From: Rhodosorus marinus CCMP1338
Lineage: Eukaryota > Plantae > Rhodophyta
DNA length: 64,000 nucleotides
Direction: 5' to 3'
Assembly (NCBI GenBank): GCA_029953675.1
Contig: JAMWBK010000003.1
Coordinates: 1,736,001-1,800,000 of the forward strand
The position numbers and the translations under genes are program-made. Under the pieces are notes generated by a model that made no database searches, was not told the DNA's origin, and saw only the letters and a list, made by a program, of their open reading frames with translations. The first letter of the stretch is position 1. Every line of letters begins with the position of its first letter. This document shows positions 61,178 to 64,000 of this stretch, piece after piece.

Positions 61178-62282
61178 ACAAGCTCATTGTTAAAGGTGCT
61201 TACCCAAGTACGTATCTGATCAACCACGAACAAATTCAGTTGTCGGGTGATCGAGCGCTGATCTCACGCCAGATGCTTAGCTGCCTGATCAATCTGTGGG
61301 CGGCGGTCCGTTTTCTCACCACAGTAAGAACACCTAATATCCCCGGTAAAGGTGAATAACAGGCTCTGCAAAAAGCAATCGCACATCGGAATATTCAGTC
61401 TTCAAGTGGAAAGCAATCCTCCCTCACGCGCCTACAATCAACACCTAGATTGTGTGAACGGAACCGTGCTCGAATCATCATGGGTTGGTGCTCACGGAGA
61501 CCAGTCAGGGCGCTTTTTTTTTACAACTCGGCCGCTGCACCTCCGTTCGTTGATTTTATGTAAAATCGGATGGGTAGGATACCCTACATCGTTTACTCAT
61601 ATACGGCAACCCTAGCAGGAAGGAAAAGAATCCAGGAGGAAGAAAGAGCCTGCGGGAGAGGGGAGGTAGGTTGGGATGAGGGACTCTAAAACGAAACCGG
61701 CGTTTAGAACGCCACATGCCCAGAACCACAAAAAAAAGAAGCGCAGGTAGAAGAGAAAGACGGGAGCAAGTTGTTGCGATCTCTAGAAACCAGTCGCGAA
61801 GCCAAACCAGGACAGACTTTTCTCCGAATCCGGAGGCCTCGATGTGAACATCCCGTAGTCTCAATCAAAATAACTCCTAAATGATTGAAATTTTACGTCA
61901 ATCAAAAATTCAGTCATTTAAAGATCTCTTGGCTTTGTGGACTCTAGTGACAGGCTGTCAAATGGAGAAAGGGCACAGGGTATAGGATTGGAGACACATA
62001 ACGGACTTTAGGGGGACTGAAGGGGGGGGGAGCTGAGGGTGGGGAAGGTGGGGAAAAGGTGGGGGGGGAGGGGCGGTGGCAAAGGAGTAAGGAGTGAGCG
62101 GGGGGACTAGAGCTTTTCTTTTATTATTTGTTGGCATAAAGATTTAGTTTGTGGTTTTATTGGGGTATATTGAGAAGCTGGGCAGGTAGAAAAGGGACGT
62201 GAGAGGTTTTTTGTTTGTTTTGGGGGCCGTGCTGTGGGAGAGGGGAGAGGAAGAGAGCGGAGGTTTGGGAGAAAGTATTAGC

Positions 62283-63458
62283 ATGGTGAGGGTTAGGGTT
62301 GAGGAAGTTCCGTCTTCGGAATGTGGTAGTTTTTTCGTGGAAGGAGGAGGTTTTGAGTTGGCTGGTTTGGAGGTTGTGAAGGAGATAACTGGAGCGTTTG
62401 GTATTGAGGAAGGGGATTTTTTCTTGACGAAAGATGGGAGGCTGGTTGACGGTGGAGAATTTTTTGAGGATGGGTGTGTTCTTCGGCTTTGTGTCCGAGC
62501 CCGGGGAGGGAAGGGCGGATTTGGTAGTATGCTTCGAGGGCAGGGTGGGGCGAAGAAAACAACAAACTTCACCGCTTGTAGAGACTTGTCTGGTCGGAGG
62601 TTGAGGGCGTCTGACAATCAGGAGCGCTTGGCGACATGGAGGGAAGACCAGGATAAAAAAGCTGGCGAGAAGCGGAAGGCAGACGATGGTGAAGCGTCGA
62701 CTTCGCGTTTGGCGGAGAAAACACCTGAATTCGATGCGGAAGGATTCCACGAGAAGCTTACGGCTGTTGGGGGAAGAATTTCTGAGGCACTGGAAAAGGG
62801 TTTTCAGGAAGACGCAAAGAAATCTCAGTCTCAAAAAGTTGCCAAGGCCACTGAAGAACTGAAGACTAACAAGCTCCTGAAGAGACGACGAACGTACATG
62901 GATGTCGACGACGATAGCGGCAGCGACGAAGAGGACGAGGATGTGAAGCTTGCACCAAAGCCGCAAGAGCTCGATGGAGGCTCTTCGAAACAAACTCCGT
63001 TACGGTTCGAAGCGCCTTCGAGGACTTCTCGAGAGCCTTCACCCATTGTCTCGTCTTTGGCGCAGTCCATTTCTACTGAGCCTGTGTCTGATTGTGGTGA
63101 CTCGTCATATGCCCATTCGGACCCAATCACCGAGCCCATTGCAGAAACAGAAGCGGTGGCGCAGCAGGCTACGGCTAGAGACATCGCGCAGGAAACAACT
63201 GCGCGAATCGTGAACGCTTCAAGTGTGGACGAAGGATCGGAGCCCAAGATCGATCTCAAGAGTTACGACTCGGCTTCTGCTCTAGAGAGCCTGGGCTTGG
63301 AATCGCTCAAACATGAGCTGTCCAGTCGAGGTCTGAAGTGCGGCGGAACTCTGCAGGAGAGAGCGAGCCGCCTATTCTTGTGCAAGGAAGCAGACCCTTC
63401 TTCACTCAATCCAAAGCACAGAGCACGTCCAAAGGCCAAGCCCCACGGCAGAGGCTAG
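62283..63458 (+). CDS. SDE2: SDE2 homologue (ubiquitin-fold N-terminus, C-terminal SAP-like motif)
   Basis: LCVRARGG|KGGFGSMLR, TNFTACRDLSGRRLR, and LESLGLESLKHELSSRGLKCGGTLQERASRLF. Confidence 0.95.
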   Translation: MVRVRVEEVPSSECGSFFVEGGGFELAGLEVVKEITGAFGIEEGDFFLTKDGRLVDGGEFFEDGCVLRLCVRARGGKGGFGSMLRGQGGAKKTTNFTACRDLSGRRLRASDNQERLATWREDQDKKAGEKRKADDGEASTSRLAEKTPEFDAEGFHEKLTAVGGRISEALEKGFQEDAKKSQSQKVAKATEELKTNKLLKRRRTYMDVDDDSGSDEEDEDVKLAPKPQELDGGSSKQTPLRFEAPSRTSREPSPIVSSLAQSISTEPVSDCGDSSYAHSDPITEPIAETEAVAQQATARDIAQETTARIVNASSVDEGSEPKIDLKSYDSASALESLGLESLKHELSSRGLKCGGTLQERASRLFLCKEADPSSLNPKHRARPKAKPHGRG

Positions 63459-64000
63459 CGCAACGGCATTGATCGAATGTATCAAGTTTTAATTAAAATA
63501 ATCGTACCCAGCACGTCTTTGCACCCTAAGAGAAAGTCACAACATCAGTCTGTCTTATCGTGGCCATTCGTCTGCGCGTTGGTCTCCGTGCTCGCCGCTT
63601 GCGCCCGCATTTTCATCCTGCTAACTCGGATCGCCAACACCATCGTCCTCACGCTAAGGTTAACCTGGAAACGGAAGAACGCCGGTTGCATTGAGTTTAG
63701 AGTAGAGTACAATGCATGGCTAGAGGATCGGTATGCTTACTAGAATGACGTTTGCAATCAAAAGAAGCGGTCCAGCAAAAAAGATCATCGCGAAGAGCCC
63801 GTTTCTATCGAAATAGTTCTGCGTAGAGAATCTTGGCCAATTTTGTCTGCCCCAGTTGTTCAGCGGCTCCGCAAAGAAGACTGAGACAGCTTTGTGGGAG
63901 TTTACAAAGAAATTACAAAGACCAGGATTTAGTGTTTGAACATCCTGTTTTTGAACTACCGCGAAATTCTACTTTGAGGTTGAGGATGTTCCCTAGGGGG

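Noticed and set aside
62144-62993. Long minus-strand ORFs (157 and 278 aa)
   Set aside because: These are antisense shadows of SDE2, which carries all the conserved motifs.
1-64000. tRNA, rRNA or snRNA genes
   Set aside because: No cloverleaf with T-loop/D-loop spacing or rRNA-like conserved tract was recognised by eye. The GTTCGA hits I checked fall in coding or unstructured context. tRNAscan-SE/Infernal would be needed to exclude them formally.

Overview
Eukaryotic nuclear DNA, not prokaryotic. Genes have short GT-AG introns and roughly balanced GC. Several proteins start with Phe/Ala/Ser-rich, transit-peptide-like N-termini, which suggests an alga, possibly a red alga (inference only). 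Well-supported genes: two Rubisco-LSMT-like SET proteins, Rab geranylgeranyltransferase beta, a HAD phosphatase, a bZIP factor, a PPR protein, a DsbA/FrnE oxidoreductase, pyruvate dehydrogenase kinase, an SBDS-family protein, ARP4, a SHAQKY-class Myb with a long tetrapeptide array, an aquaglyceroporin, a CBS-domain protein and SDE2. Between them lie remnants of Ty3/gypsy, RLE-type non-LTR and other elements. The most striking non-gene structure is a set of fold-back palindromes. One is a scrambled gypsy element (1232-4290) with two long inverted repeats, where the junctions of the second fall at the PBS, pre-PPT region and LTR start. Another is an 815-bp inverted-triplication palindrome inside a non-LTR RT remnant (48608-49422). 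Two short near-perfect hairpins lie at 39944-40098 and 54610-54651. No rRNA, tRNA or CRISPR array was recognised. Exon boundaries were read by eye, and gene coordinates are outer spans that include introns.
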